A stretch of DNA of 64,000 bases from Isurus oxyrinchus (lineage: Eukaryota): NCBI GenBank assembly GCA_026770705.1, contig JANJGN010000001.1, positions 39,866,001-39,930,000 on the forward strand, given 5' to 3'. The translations under genes were made by a program, and so were the position numbers. Position 1 is the stretch's first letter. Each line of letters opens with the position of its first letter. The notes below the pieces were generated by a model. It searched no databases, had not been told where the DNA came from, and worked only from the letters and a program-made list of their open reading frames with translations. Positions 11,987 to 26,500 of this stretch are shown piece after piece.

Positions 11987-13536
11987 AGGCTCCTTTTGTT
12001 CTTATTCCTCTGCACTTTCATTCCTTTATATACTTCACTGCACTGCACACCCGCTCCCACCGGATCAATGTCTTCAGCGCTTTGCTCATGCAACTTTTCA
12101 GCATCTGCTTCATAACAGCCTTCCTTTTTCTTCCAGCTCACTTCAGCACTCCCGCTTCACACACTTGTCTTTAAACACAACGCTCCTCCTTTCATTTTGT
12201 CTTAAAGCCACTCTCTCATCATCAACTTTCTCGACATTTCTACCTTCATCACCTTCTGCAAAATTAAAAGAACCTTCTCACAACTTGAGACCTGTTCACT
12301 TTTCACTCTGTTCAACCCAACTCACTTCTAACCACGAATTGGTTCTCAGGCCCGATTACTCTGCACAGAATGCAATATCTGGCTGCGCACACAAACAACA
12401 ACAACAACAACAAAGTGCTTTGAAATGGCGCCTTTCATGTCGGAGAACAATCCGAAGCTCTTCACAGTGCTGTTTTCCAACAGAATTGGCAGGAGGCGGA
12501 GTGTCACTTTGCTTCTTTTCAGAGTCCGTTCAGAGTTTCACACCTCATTTACCTGAGGTGATGTTGGTAGGAAAGTGTAAGAGTCTTTGTAAATGTGTAC
12601 GGTTTCCCCTTCATCAGCCACAGCTGCTGCAGTTTGAAGAGTCCCAGTTTCTCAAATCTTTCCAAAGAGCCAAAGTTCGTCATCCTGAGCTGAAGCTGGT
12701 TGACCTCTTCTTTCCCTCAGTCGGGAGCCTTGACGTCCTTCCCGAAGCTTGGTGAGCAGAACGACATTCAGGGTACGAGGGCGCAGGACGTGATAGCACG
12801 GTGCTAATGCTGTTGGGATCACGATGCAGAGGCCTGGATAACTCAAATGCTGATGTGAGTTAAGATCCCAGCAAGGCTGCTAGTGGTTTAAAACAATCGT
12901 GTAAATGAACATGGGTTCCAAATGACACTTGTTTGGTGGAGGATTGGGCTGAGACTTCCCTTTGTTTGAAGGCCAATTGTGCCCTTGACAGATTACTCAG
13001 GACACAATTAGGGGAAAAAATCTAGCAGGCAGGAAACCAGGAATGGCGCAAGGAGTATTCCTTTGGTCGGAAGGAGCTGGATTCCATCAAAAAGCTTGAA
13101 GTTACAACTTGGCCCGATGCTAGCACAGTCAGGAGGTTGTAAAGAAATGTAGTGGCTTGAAGAAGCTGACATATTGCATGAAGTGCTAATGCAGTGGTGT
13201 GAAGTGAGAGTAAAAATACAGGCCGCAAATGATTTGAACAAGTTGTTAGCGTTTTTACATTGATGAGGTGAAGGCAGAGCTGCACTGGGGGGGGAATCAG
13301 ATTGCATGAGAGGGGACTTGAGGCACAGGGCAGGTGGCTTAGAAGAATGTTGAAAGCTTGAAATGTGGTTGTGAATGAAATGGGGGTATAGAGCGGCTTG
13401 AGAGATGTTTGTGGTGTTGTGGCTCAGGTATCAGTGAGAAAATTGGATGCAATTTCGGAATTGAAAAGACATTTGGAGGAACTGGGATTGGACACAAGTA
13501 ACAGCATTTGAAAAAAGGCGAATGTGCTAAGCGATT

Positions 13537-13607
13537 GCATTGGTGGTTCAGTGGTAGAATTCTCGCCTGCCATTTAGGAGGCCTGGGTTAGATTCCTGGC
13601 CAATGCA
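13537..13607 (+). pseudogene. tRNA-Gly(GCC)-like slot A copy
   Basis: Same as 579-649. Confidence 0.85.
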
Positions 13608-13767
13608 ACGTTGGAGTTCCGTTGCTCTTTGAGTTCTTGCTGCACTCTTGCTTGCAATGTCACTGTGTCCTGTGCAGCCACTCAATGTCATTGACAGCTT
13701 GATTGGGACTCCAAATTGAAGCGTTTCAAGAAATGAGCTGCATCAAATTGCAGCTTTCCAGTCTGTG

Positions 13768-13838
13768 GCATTGGTGGTTCAGTGGTAGAATTCTCACCTG
13801 CCACGCGGGAGGCCCGGGTTCGATTCCCGGCCAATGCA
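13768..13838 (+). tRNA. trnaG-GCC: tRNA-Gly(GCC), G30A variant
   Basis: CTCAC anticodon stem gives an A30:C40 mismatch. Confidence 0.85.
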
Positions 13839-15391
13839 AGGCTCCTTTTGTTCTTATTCCTCTGCACTTTCATTCCTTTATATACTTCACTGCACTGCAC
13901 ACCCGCTCCCACCGGATCAATGTCTTCAGCGCTTTGCTCATGCAACTTTTCAGCATCTGCTTCATAACAGCCTTCCTTTTTCTTCCAGCTCACTTCAGCA
14001 CTCCCGCTTCACACACTTGTCTTTAAACACAACGCTCCTCCTTTCATTTTGTCTTAAAGCCACTCTCTCATCATCAACTTTCTCGACATTTCTACCTTCA
14101 TCACCTTCTGCAAAATTAAAAGAACCTTCTCACAACTTGAGACCTGTTCACTTTTCACTCTGTTCAACCCAACTCACTTCTAACCACGAATTGGTTCTCA
14201 GGCCCGATTACTCTGCACAGAATGCAATATCTGGCTGCGCACACAAACAACAACAACAACAACAACAAAGTGCTTTGAAATGGCGCCTTTCATGTCGGAG
14301 AACAATCCGAAGCTCTTCACAGTGCTGTTTTCCAACAGAATTGGCAGGAGGCGGAGTGTCACTTTGCTTCTTTTCAGAGTCCGTTCAGAGTTTCACACCT
14401 CATTTACCTGAGGTGATGTTGGTAGGAAAGTGTAAGAGTCTTTGTAAATGTGTACGGTTTGCCCTTAATCAGCCACAGCTGCTGCAGTTTGAAGAGTCCC
14501 AGTTTCTCAAATCTTTCCAAAGAGCCAAAGTTCGTCATCCTGAGCTGAAGCTGGTTGACCTCTTCTTTCCCTCAGTCGGGAGCCTTGACGTCCTTCCCGA
14601 AGCTTGGTGAGCAGAACGACATTCAGGGTACGAGGGCGCAGGACGTGATAGCACGGTGCTAATGCTGTTGGGATCATGATGCAGAGGCCTGGATAACTCA
14701 AATGCTGATGTGAGTTAAGATCCCAGCAAGGCTGCTAGTGGTTTAAAACAATCGTGTAAATGAACATGGGTTCCAAATGACACTTGTTTGGTGGAGGATT
14801 GGGCTGAGACTTCCCTTTGTTTGAAGGCCAATTGTGCCCTTGACAGAGTACTCAGGACACAATTAGGGGAAAAAATCTAGCAGGCAGGAAATCAGGAATG
14901 GCGCAAGGAGTATTCCTTTGGTCGGAAGGAGCTGGATTCCATCAAAAAGCTTGAAGTTACAACTTGGCCCGATGCTAGCACAGTCAGGAGGTTGTAAAGA
15001 AATGTAGTGGCTTGAAGAAGCTGACATATTGCATGAAGTGCTAATGCAGTGGTGTGAAGTGAGAGTAAAAATACAGGCCGCAAATGATTTGAACAAGTTG
15101 TTAGCGTTTTTACATTGATGAGGTGAAGGCAGAGCTGCACTGGGGGGGGAATCAGATTGCATGAGAGGGGACTTGAGGCACAGGGCAGGTGGCTTAGAAG
15201 AATGTTGAAAGCTTGAAATGTGGTTGTGAATGAAATGGGGGTATAGAGCGGCTTGAGAGATGTTTGTGGTGTTGTGGCTCAGGTATCAGTGAGAAAATTG
15301 GATGCAATTTAGGAATTGAAAAGACATTTGGAGGAACTGGGATTGGACACAAGTAACAGCATTTGAAAAAAGGCGAATGTGCTAAGCGATT

Positions 15392-15462
15392 GCATTGGTG
15401 GTTCAGTGGTAGAATTCTCGCCTGCCATTTAGGAGGCCTGGGTTAGATTCCTGGCCAATGCA
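15392..15462 (+). pseudogene. tRNA-Gly(GCC)-like slot A copy
   Basis: Same as 579-649. Confidence 0.85.
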
Positions 15463-15622
15463 ACGTTGGAGTTCCGTTGCTCTTTGAGTTCTTGCTGCAC
15501 TCTTGCTTGCAATGTCACTGTGTCCTGTGCAGCCACTCAATGTCATTGACAGCTTGATTGGGGCTCCAAATTGAAGCGTTTCAAGAAATGAGCTGCATCA
15601 AATTGTAGTATTCCAGTCTGTG

Positions 15623-15693
15623 GCATTGGTGGTTCAGTGGTAGAATTCTCGCCTGCCACGCGGGAGGCCCGGGTTCGATTCCCGGCCAATGCA
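15623..15693 (+). tRNA. trnaG-GCC: tRNA-Gly(GCC), canonical
   Basis: Identical to 810-880; variant 5' leader TGTAGTATTCC. Confidence 0.98.
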
Positions 15694-17242
15694 AGGCTCC
15701 TTTTGTTCTTATTCCTCTGCACTTTCATTCCTTTATATACTTCACTGCACTGCACACCCGCTCCCACCGGATCAATGTCTTCAGCGCTTTGCTCATGCAA
15801 CTTTTCAGCATCTGCTTCATAACAGCCTTCCTTTTTCTTCCAGCTCACTTCAGCACTCCCGCTTCACACACTTGTCTTTAAACACAACGCTCCTCCTTTC
15901 ATTTTGTCTTAAAGCCACTCTCTCATCATCAACTTTCTCGACATTTCTACCTTCATCACCTTCTGCAAAATTAAAAGAACCTTCTCACAACTTGAGACCT
16001 GTTCACTTTTCACTCTGTTCAACCCAACTCACTTCTAACCACGAATTGGTTCTCAGGCCCGATTACTCTGCACAGAATGCAATATCTGGCTGCGCACACA
16101 AACAACAACAACAACAACAAAGTGCTTTGAAATGGCGCCTTTCATGTCGGAGAACAATCCGAAGCTCTTCACAGTGCTGTTTTCCAACAGAATTGGCAGG
16201 AGGCGGAGTGTCACTTTGCTTCTTTTCAGAGTCCGTTCAGAGTTTCACACCTCATTTACCTGAGGTGATGTTGGTAGGAAAGTGTAAGAGTCTTTGTAAA
16301 TGTGTACGGTTTCCCCTTCATCAGCCACAGCTGCTGCAGTTTGAAGAGTCCCAGTTTCTCAAATCTTTCCAAAGAGCCAAAGTTCGTCATCCTGAGCTGA
16401 AGCTGGTTGACCTCTTCTTTCCCTCAGTCGGGAGCCTTGACGTCCTTCCCGAAGCTTGGTGAGCAGAACGACATTCAGGGTACGAGGGCGCAGGACGTGA
16501 TAGCACGGTGCTAATGCTGTTGGGATCATGATGCAGAGGCCTGGATAACTCAAATGCTGATGTGAGTTAAGATCCCAGCAAGGCTGCTAGTGGTTTAAAA
16601 CAATCGTGTAAATGAACATGGGTTCCAAATGACACTTGTTTGGTGGAGGATTGGGCTGAGACTTCCCTTTGTTTGAAGGCCAATTGTGACCTTGACAGAT
16701 TACTCAGGACACAATTAGGGGAAAAAATCTGGCAGGCAGGAAATCAGGAATGGCGCAAGGAGTATTCCTTTGGTCGGAAGGAGCTGGATTCCATCAAAAA
16801 GCTTCAAGTTACAACTTGGCCCGATGCTAGCACAGTCAGGAGGTTGTAAAGAAATGTAGTGGCTTGAAGAAGCTGACATATTGCATGAAGTGCTAATGCA
16901 GTGGTGTGAAGTGAGAGTAAAAATACAGGCCGCAATGATTTGAACAAGTTGTTAGCGTTTTTACATTGATGAGGTGAAGGCAGAGCTGCACTGGGGGGGG
17001 AATCAGATTGCATGAGAGGGGACTTGAGGCACAGGGCAGGTGGCTTAGAAGAATGTTGAAAGCTTGAAATGTGGTTGTGAATGAAATGGGGGTATAGAGC
17101 GGCTTGAGAGATGTTTGTGGTGTTGTGGCTCAGGTATCAGTGAGAAAATTGGATGCAATTTCGGAATTGAAAAGACATTTGGAGGAACTGGGATTGGACA
17201 CAAGTAACAGCATTTGAAAAAAGGCGAATGTGCTAAGCGATT

Positions 17243-17313
17243 GCATTGGTGGTTCAGTGGTAGAATTCTCGCCTGCCATTTAGGAGGCCTGGGTTAGATT
17301 CCTGGCCAATGCA
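17243..17313 (+). pseudogene. tRNA-Gly(GCC)-like slot A copy
   Basis: Same as 579-649. Confidence 0.85.
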
Positions 17314-17473
17314 ACGTTGGAGTTCCGTTGCTCTTTGAGTTCTTGCTGCACTCTTGCTTGCAATGTCACTGTGTCCTGTGCAGCCACTCAATGTCATTGA
17401 CAGCTTGATTGGGACTCCAAATTGAAGCGTTTCAAGAAATGAGCTGCATCAAATTGCAGCTTTCCAGTCTGTG

Positions 17474-17544
17474 GCATTGGTGGTTCAGTGGTAGAATTCT
17501 CGCCTGCCACGCGGGAGGCCGGGGTTCGATTCCCGGCCAATGCA
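17474..17544 (+). tRNA. trnaG-GCC: tRNA-Gly(GCC), C50G variant
   Basis: CGGGG T stem gives a G50:G64 mismatch. Confidence 0.85.
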
Positions 17545-19094
17545 AGGCTCCTTTTGTTCTTATTCCTCTGCACTTTCATTCCTTTATATACTTCACTGCA
17601 CTGCACACCCGCTCCCACCGGATCAATGTCTTCAGCGCTTTGCTCATGCAACTTTTCAGCATCTGCTTCATAACAGCCTTCCTTTTTCTTCCAGCTCACT
17701 TCAGCACTCCCGCTTCACACACTTGTCTTTAAACACAACGCTCCTCCTTTCATTTTGTCTTAAAGCCACTCTCTCATCATCAACTTTCTCGACATTTCTA
17801 CCTTCATCACCTTCTGCAAAATTAAAAGAACCTTCTCACAACTTGAGACCTGTTCACTTTTCACTCTGTTCAACCCAACTCACTTCTAACCACGAATTGG
17901 TTCTCAGGCCCGATTACTCTGCACAGAATGCAATATCTGGCTGCGCACACAAACAACAACAACAACAACAAAGTGCTTTGAAATGGCGCCTTTCATGTCG
18001 GAGAACAATCCGAAGCTCTTCACAGTGCTGTTTTCCAACAGAATTGGCAGGAGGCGGAGTGTCACTTTGCTTCTTTTCAGAGTCCGTTCAGAGTTTCACA
18101 CCTCATTTACCTGAGGTGATGTTGGTAGGAAAGTGTAAGAGTCTTTGTAAATGTGTACGGTTTCCCCTTCATCAGCCACAGCTGCTGCAGTTTGAAGAGT
18201 CCCAGTTTCTCAAATCTTTCCAAAGAGCCAAAGTTCGTCATCCTGAGCTGAAGCTGGTTGACCTCTTCTTTCCCTCAGTCGGGAGCCTTGACGTCCTTCC
18301 CGAAGCTTGGTGAGCAGAACGACATTCAGGGTACGAGGGCGCAGGACGTGATAGCACGGTGCTAATGCTGTTGGGATCATGATGCAGAGGCCTGGATAAC
18401 TCAAATGCTGATGTGAGTTAAGATCCCAGCAAGGCTGCTAGTGGTTTAAAACAATCGTGTAAATGAACATGGGTTCCAAATGACACTTGTTTGGTGGAGG
18501 ATTGGGCTGAGACTTCCCTTTGTTTGAAGGCCAATTGTGCCCTTGACAGATTACTCAGGACACAATTAGGGGAAAAAATCTAGCAGGCAGGAAACCAGGA
18601 ATGGCGCAAGGAGTATTCCTTTGGTCGGAAGGAGCTGGATTCCATCAAAAAGCTTGAAGTTACAACTTGGCCCGATGCTAGCACAGTCAGGAGGTTGTAA
18701 AGAAATGTAGTGGCTTGAAGAAGCTGACATATTGCATGAAGTGCTAATGCAGTGGTGTGAAGTGAGAGTAAAAATACAGGCCGCAAATGATTTGAACAAG
18801 TTGTTAGCGTTTTTACATTGATGAGGTGAAGGCAGAGCTGCACTGGGGGGGGAATCAGATTGCATGAGAGGGGACTTGAGGCACAGGGCAGGTGGCTTAG
18901 AAGAATGTTGAAAGCTTGAAATGTGGTTGTGAATGAAATGGGGGTATAGAGCGGCTTGAGAGATGTTTGTGGTGTTGTGGCTCAGGTATCAGTGAGAAAA
19001 TTGGATGCAATTTCGGAATTGAAAAGACATTTGGAGGAACTGGGATTGGACACAAGTAACAGCATTTGAAAAAAGGCGAATGTGCTAAGCGATT

Positions 19095-19165
19095 GCATTG
19101 GTGGTTCAGTGGTAGAATTCTCGCCTGCCATTTAGGAGGCCTGGGTTAGATTCCTGGCCAATGCA
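19095..19165 (+). pseudogene. tRNA-Gly(GCC)-like slot A copy
   Basis: Same as 579-649. Confidence 0.85.
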
Positions 19166-19325
19166 ACGTTGGAGTTCCGTTGCTCTTTGAGTTCTTGCTG
19201 CACTCTTGCTTGCAATGTCACTGTGTCCTGTGCAGCCACTCAATGTCATTGACAGCTTGATTGGGACTCCAAATTGAAGCGTTTCAAGAAATGAGCTGCA
19301 TCAAATTGCAGCTTTCCAGTCTGTG

Positions 19326-19396
19326 GCATTGGTGGTTCAGTGGTAGAATTCTCACCTGCCACGCGGGAGGCCCGGGTTCGATTCCCGGCCAATGCA
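19326..19396 (+). tRNA. trnaG-GCC: tRNA-Gly(GCC), G30A variant
   Basis: A30:C40 mismatch. Confidence 0.85.
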
Positions 19397-20945
19397 AGGC
19401 TCCTTTTGTTCTTATTCCTCTGCACTTTCATTCCTTTATATACTTCACTGCACTGCACACCCGCTCCCACCGGATCAATGTCTTCAGCGCTTTGCTCATG
19501 CAACTTTTCAGCATCTGCTTCATAACAGCCTTCCTTTTTCTTCCAGCTCACTTCAGCACTCCCGCTTCACACACTTGTCTTTAAACACAACGCTCCTCCT
19601 TTCATTTTGTCTTAAAGCCACTCTCTCATCATCAACTTTCTCGACATTTCTACCTTCATCACCTTCTGCAAAATTAAAAGAACCTTCTCACAACTTGAGA
19701 CCTGTTCACTTTTCACTCTGTTCAACCCAACTCACTTCTAACCACGAATTGGTTCTCAGGCCCGATTACTCTGCACAGAATGCAATATCTGGCTGCGCAC
19801 ACAAACAACAACAACAACAACAAAGTGCTTTGAAATGGCGCCTTTCATGTCGGAGAACAATCCGAAGCTCTTCACAGTGCTGTTTTCCAACAGAATTGGC
19901 AGGAGGCGGAGTGTCACTTTGCTTCTTTTCAGAGTCCGTTCAGAGTTTCACACCTCATTTACCTGAGGTGATGTTGGTAGGAAAGTGTAAGAGTCTTTGT
20001 AAATGTGTACGGTTTCCCCTTCATCAGCCACAGCTGCTGCAGTTTGAAGAGTCCCAGTTTCTCAAATCTTTCCAAAGAGCCAAAGTTCGTCATCCTGAGC
20101 TGAAGCTGGTTGACCTCTTCTTTCCCTCAGTCGGGAGCCTTGACGTCCTTCCCGAAGCTTGGTGAGCAGAACGACATTCAGGGTACGAGGGCGCAGGACG
20201 TGATAGCACGGTGCTAATGCTGTTGGGATCATGATGCAGAGGCCTGGATAACTCAAATGCTGATGTGAGTTAAGATCCCAGCAAGGCTGCTAGTGGTTTA
20301 AAACAATCGTGTAAATGAACATGGGTTCCAAATGACACTTGTTTGGTGGAGGATTGGGCTGAGACTTCCCTTTGTTTGAAGGCCAATTGTGACCTTGACA
20401 GATTACTCAGGACACAATTAGGGGAAAAAATCTGGCAGGCAGGAAATCAGGAATGGCGCAAGGAGTATTCCTTTGGTCGGAAGGAGCTGGATTCCATCAA
20501 AAAGCTTCAAGTTACAACTTGGCCCGATGCTAGCACAGTCAGGAGGTTGTAAAGAAATGTAGTGGCTTGAAGAAGCTGACATATTGCATGAAGTGCTAAT
20601 GCAGTGGTGTGAAGTGAGAGTAAAAATACAGGCCGCAATGATTTGAACAAGTTGTTAGCGTTTTTACATTGATGAGGTGAAGGCAGAGCTGCACTGGGGG
20701 GGGAATCAGATTGCATGAGAGGGGACTTGAGGCACAGGGCAGGTGGCTTAGAAGAATGTTGAAAGCTTGAAATGTGGTTGTGAATGAAATGGGGGTATAG
20801 AGCGGCTTGAGAGATGTTTGTGGTGTTGTGGCTCAGGTATCAGTGAGAAAATTGGATGCAATTTCGGAATTGAAAAGACATTTGGAGGAACTGGGATTGG
20901 ACACAAGTAACAGCATTTGAAAAAAGGCGAATGTGCTAAGCGATT

Positions 20946-21016
20946 GCATTGGTGGTTCAGTGGTAGAATTCTCGCCTGCCATTTAGGAGGCCTGGGTTAG
21001 ATTCCTGGCCAATGCA
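20946..21016 (+). pseudogene. tRNA-Gly(GCC)-like slot A copy
   Basis: Same as 579-649. Confidence 0.85.
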
Positions 21017-21176
21017 ACGTTGGAGTTCCGTTGCTCTTTGAGTTCTTGCTGCACTCTTGCTTGCAATGTCACTGTGTCCTGTGCAGCCACTCAATGTCAT
21101 TGACAGCTTGATTGGGACTCCAAATTGAAGCGTTTCAAGAAATGAGCTGCATCAAATTGCAGCTTTCCAGTCTGTG

Positions 21177-21247
21177 GCATTGGTGGTTCAGTGGTAGAAT
21201 TCTCGCCTGCCACGCGGGAGGCCGGGGTTCGATTCCCGGCCAATGCA
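21177..21247 (+). tRNA. trnaG-GCC: tRNA-Gly(GCC), C50G variant
   Basis: G50:G64 mismatch. Confidence 0.85.
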
Positions 21248-22797
21248 AGGCTCCTTTTGTTCTTATTCCTCTGCACTTTCATTCCTTTATATACTTCACT
21301 GCACTGCACACCCGCTCCCACCGGATCAATGTCTTCAGCGCTTTGCTCATGCAACTTTTCAGCATCTGCTTCATAACAGCCTTCCTTTTTCTTCCAGCTC
21401 ACTTCAGCACTCCCGCTTCACACACTTGTCTTTAAACACAACGCTCCTCCTTTCATTTTGTCTTAAAGCCACTCTCTCATCATCAACTTTCTCGACATTT
21501 CTACCTTCATCACCTTCTGCAAAATTAAAAGAACCTTCTCACAACTTGAGACCTGTTCACTTTTCACTCTGTTCAACCCAACTCACTTCTAACCACGAAT
21601 TGGTTCTCAGGCCCGATTACTCTGCACAGAATGCAATATCTGGCTGCGCACACAAACAACAACAACAACAACAAAGTGCTTTGAAATGGCGCCTTTCATG
21701 TCGGAGAACAATCCGAAGCTCTTCACAGTGCTGTTTTCCAACAGAATTGGCAGGAGGCGGAGTGTCACTTTGCTTCTTTTCAGAGTCCGTTCAGAGTTTC
21801 ACACCTCATTTACCTGAGGTGATGTTGGTAGGAAAGTGTAAGAGTCTTTGTAAATGTGTACGGTTTCCCCTTCATCAGCCACAGCTGCTGCAGTTTGAAG
21901 AGTCCCAGTTTCTCAAATCTTTCCAAAGAGCCAAAGTTCGTCATCCTGAGCTGAAGCTGGTTGACCTCTTCTTTCCCTCAGTCGGGAGCCTTGACGTCCT
22001 TCCCGAAGCTTGGTGAGCAGAACGACATTCAGGGTACGAGGGCGCAGGACGTGATAGCACGGTGCTAATGCTGTTGGGATCATGATGCAGAGGCCTGGAT
22101 AACTCAAATGCTGATGTGAGTTAAGATCCCAGCAAGGCTGCTAGTGGTTTAAAACAATCGTGTAAATGAACATGGGTTCCAAATGACACTTGTTTGGTGG
22201 AGGATTGGGCTGAGACTTCCCTTTGTTTGAAGGCCAATTGTGCCCTTGACAGATTACTCAGGACACAATTAGGGGAAAAAATCTAGCAGGCAGGAAACCA
22301 GGAATGGCGCAAGGAGTATTCCTTTGGTCGGAAGGAGCTGGATTCCATCAAAAAGCTTGAAGTTACAACTTGGCCCGATGCTAGCACAGTCAGGAGGTTG
22401 TAAAGAAATGTAGTGGCTTGAAGAAGCTGACATATTGCATGAAGTGCTAATGCAGTGGTGTGAAGTGAGAGTAAAAATACAGGCCGCAAATGATTTGAAC
22501 AAGTTGTTAGCGTTTTTACATTGATGAGGTGAAGGCAGAGCTGCACTGGGGGGGGAATCAGATTGCATGAGAGGGGACTTGAGGCACAGGGCAGGTGGCT
22601 TAGAAGAATGTTGAAAGCTTGAAATGTGGTTGTGAATGAAATGGGGGTATAGAGCGGCTTGAGAGATGTTTGTGGTGTTGTGGCTCAGGTATCAGTGAGA
22701 AAATTGGATGCAATTTCGGAATTGAAAAGACATTTGGAGGAACTGGGATTGGACACAAGTAACAGCATTTGAAAAAAGGCGAATGTGCTAAGCGATT

Positions 22798-22868
22798 GCA
22801 TTGGTGGTTCAGTGGTAGAATTCTCGCCTGCCATTTAGGAGGCCTGGGTTAGATTCCTGGCCAATGCA
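22798..22868 (+). pseudogene. tRNA-Gly(GCC)-like slot A copy
   Basis: Same as 579-649. Confidence 0.85.
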
Positions 22869-23028
22869 ACGTTGGAGTTCCGTTGCTCTTTGAGTTCTTG
22901 CTGCACTCTTGCTTGCAATGTCACTGTGTCCTGTGCAGCCACTCAATGTCATTGACAGCTTGATTGGGACTCCAAATTGAAGCGTTTCAAGAAATGAGCT
23001 GCATCAAATTGCAGCTTTCCAGTCTGTG

Positions 23029-23099
23029 GCATTGGTGGTTCAGTGGTAGAATTCTCACCTGCCACGCGGGAGGCCCGGGTTCGATTCCCGGCCAATGCA
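23029..23099 (+). tRNA. trnaG-GCC: tRNA-Gly(GCC), G30A variant
   Basis: A30:C40 mismatch. Confidence 0.85.
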
Positions 23100-24648
23100 A
23101 GGCTCCTTTTGTTCTTATTCCTCTGCACTTTCATTCCTTTATATACTTCACTGCACTGCACACCCGCTCCCACCGGATCAATGTCTTCAGCGCTTTGCTC
23201 ATGCAACTTTTCAGCATCTGCTTCATAACAGCCTTCCTTTTTCTTCCAGCTCACTTCAGCACTCCCGCTTCACACACTTGTCTTTAAACACAACGCTCCT
23301 CCTTTCATTTTGTCTTAAAGCCACTCTCTCATCATCAACTTTCTCGACATTTCTACCTTCATCACCTTCTGCAAAATTAAAAGAACCTTCTCACAACTTG
23401 AGACCTGTTCACTTTTCACTCTGTTCAACCCAACTCACTTCTAACCACGAATTGGTTCTCAGGCCCGATTACTCTGCACAGAATGCAATATCTGGCTGCG
23501 CACACAAACAACAACAACAACAACAAAGTGCTTTGAAATGGCGCCTTTCATGTCGGAGAACAATCCGAAGCTCTTCACAGTGCTGTTTTCCAACAGAATT
23601 GGCAGGAGGCGGAGTGTCACTTTGCTTCTTTTCAGAGTCCGTTCAGAGTTTCACACCTCATTTACCTGAGGTGATGTTGGTAGGAAAGTGTAAGAGTCTT
23701 TGTAAATGTGTACGGTTTCCCCTTCATCAGCCACAGCTGCTGCAGTTTGAAGAGTCCCAGTTTCTCAAATCTTTCCAAAGAGCCAAAGTTCGTCATCCTG
23801 AGCTGAAGCTGGTTGACCTCTTCTTTCCCTCAGTCGGGAGCCTTGACGTCCTTCCCGAAGCTTGGTGAGCAGAACGACATTCAGGGTACGAGGGCGCAGG
23901 ACGTGATAGCACGGTGCTAATGCTGTTGGGATCATGATGCAGAGGCCTGGATAACTCAAATGCTGATGTGAGTTAAGATCCCAGCAAGGCTGCTAGTGGT
24001 TTAAAACAATCGTGTAAATGAACATGGGTTCCAAATGACACTTGTTTGGTGGAGGATTGGGCTGAGACTTCCCTTTGTTTGAAGGCCAATTGTGACCTTG
24101 ACAGATTACTCAGGACACAATTAGGGGAAAAAATCTGGCAGGCAGGAAATCAGGAATGGCGCAAGGAGTATTCCTTTGGTCGGAAGGAGCTGGATTCCAT
24201 CAAAAAGCTTCAAGTTACAACTTGGCCCGATGCTAGCACAGTCAGGAGGTTGTAAAGAAATGTAGTGGCTTGAAGAAGCTGACATATTGCATGAAGTGCT
24301 AATGCAGTGGTGTGAAGTGAGAGTAAAAATACAGGCCGCAATGATTTGAACAAGTTGTTAGCGTTTTTACATTGATGAGGTGAAGGCAGAGCTGCACTGG
24401 GGGGGGAATCAGATTGCATGAGAGGGGACTTGAGGCACAGGGCAGGTGGCTTAGAAGAATGTTGAAAGCTTGAAATGTGGTTGTGAATGAAATGGGGGTA
24501 TAGAGCGGCTTGAGAGATGTTTGTGGTGTTGTGGCTCAGGTATCAGTGAGAAAATTGGATGCAATTTCGGAATTGAAAAGACATTTGGAGGAACTGGGAT
24601 TGGACACAAGTAACAGCATTTGAAAAAAGGCGAATGTGCTAAGCGATT

Positions 24649-24719
24649 GCATTGGTGGTTCAGTGGTAGAATTCTCGCCTGCCATTTAGGAGGCCTGGGT
24701 TAGATTCCTGGCCAATGCA
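24649..24719 (+). pseudogene. tRNA-Gly(GCC)-like slot A copy
   Basis: Same as 579-649. Confidence 0.85.
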
Positions 24720-24879
24720 ACGTTGGAGTTCCGTTGCTCTTTGAGTTCTTGCTGCACTCTTGCTTGCAATGTCACTGTGTCCTGTGCAGCCACTCAATGT
24801 CATTGACAGCTTGATTGGGACTCCAAATTGAAGCGTTTCAAGAAATGAGCTGCATCAAATTGCAGCTTTCCAGTCTGTG

Positions 24880-24950
24880 GCATTGGTGGTTCAGTGGTAG
24901 AATTCTCGCCTGCCACGCGGGAGGCCGGGGTTCGATTCCCGGCCAATGCA
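24880..24950 (+). tRNA. trnaG-GCC: tRNA-Gly(GCC), C50G variant
   Basis: G50:G64 mismatch. Confidence 0.85.
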
Positions 24951-26500
24951 AGGCTCCTTTTGTTCTTATTCCTCTGCACTTTCATTCCTTTATATACTTC
25001 ACTGCACTGCACACCCGCTCCCACCGGATCAATGTCTTCAGCGCTTTGCTCATGCAACTTTTCAGCATCTGCTTCATAACAGCCTTCCTTTTTCTTCCAG
25101 CTCACTTCAGCACTCCCGCTTCACACACTTGTCTTTAAACACAACGCTCCTCCTTTCATTTTGTCTTAAAGCCACTCTCTCATCATCAACTTTCTCGACA
25201 TTTCTACCTTCATCACCTTCTGCAAAATTAAAAGAACCTTCTCACAACTTGAGACCTGTTCACTTTTCACTCTGTTCAACCCAACTCACTTCTAACCACG
25301 AATTGGTTCTCAGGCCCGATTACTCTGCACAGAATGCAATATCTGGCTGCGCACACAAACAACAACAACAACAACAAAGTGCTTTGAAATGGCGCCTTTC
25401 ATGTCGGAGAACAATCCGAAGCTCTTCACAGTGCTGTTTTCCAACAGAATTGGCAGGAGGCGGAGTGTCACTTTGCTTCTTTTCAGAGTCCGTTCAGAGT
25501 TTCACACCTCATTTACCTGAGGTGATGTTGGTAGGAAAGTGTAAGAGTCTTTGTAAATGTGTACGGTTTCCCCTTCATCAGCCACAGCTGCTGCAGTTTG
25601 AAGAGTCCCAGTTTCTCAAATCTTTCCAAAGAGCCAAAGTTCGTCATCCTGAGCTGAAGCTGGTTGACCTCTTCTTTCCCTCAGTCGGGAGCCTTGACGT
25701 CCTTCCCGAAGCTTGGTGAGCAGAACGACATTCAGGGTACGAGGGCGCAGGACGTGATAGCACGGTGCTAATGCTGTTGGGATCATGATGCAGAGGCCTG
25801 GATAACTCAAATGCTGATGTGAGTTAAGATCCCAGCAAGGCTGCTAGTGGTTTAAAACAATCGTGTAAATGAACATGGGTTCCAAATGACACTTGTTTGG
25901 TGGAGGATTGGGCTGAGACTTCCCTTTGTTTGAAGGCCAATTGTGCCCTTGACAGATTACTCAGGACACAATTAGGGGAAAAAATCTAGCAGGCAGGAAA
26001 CCAGGAATGGCGCAAGGAGTATTCCTTTGGTCGGAAGGAGCTGGATTCCATCAAAAAGCTTGAAGTTACAACTTGGCCCGATGCTAGCACAGTCAGGAGG
26101 TTGTAAAGAAATGTAGTGGCTTGAAGAAGCTGACATATTGCATGAAGTGCTAATGCAGTGGTGTGAAGTGAGAGTAAAAATACAGGCCGCAAATGATTTG
26201 AACAAGTTGTTAGCGTTTTTACATTGATGAGGTGAAGGCAGAGCTGCACTGGGGGGGGAATCAGATTGCATGAGAGGGGACTTGAGGCACAGGGCAGGTG
26301 GCTTAGAAGAATGTTGAAAGCTTGAAATGTGGTTGTGAATGAAATGGGGGTATAGAGCGGCTTGAGAGATGTTTGTGGTGTTGTGGCTCAGGTATCAGTG
26401 AGAAAATTGGATGCAATTTCGGAATTGAAAAGACATTTGGAGGAACTGGGATTGGACACAAGTAACAGCATTTGAAAAAAGGCGAATGTGCTAAGCGATT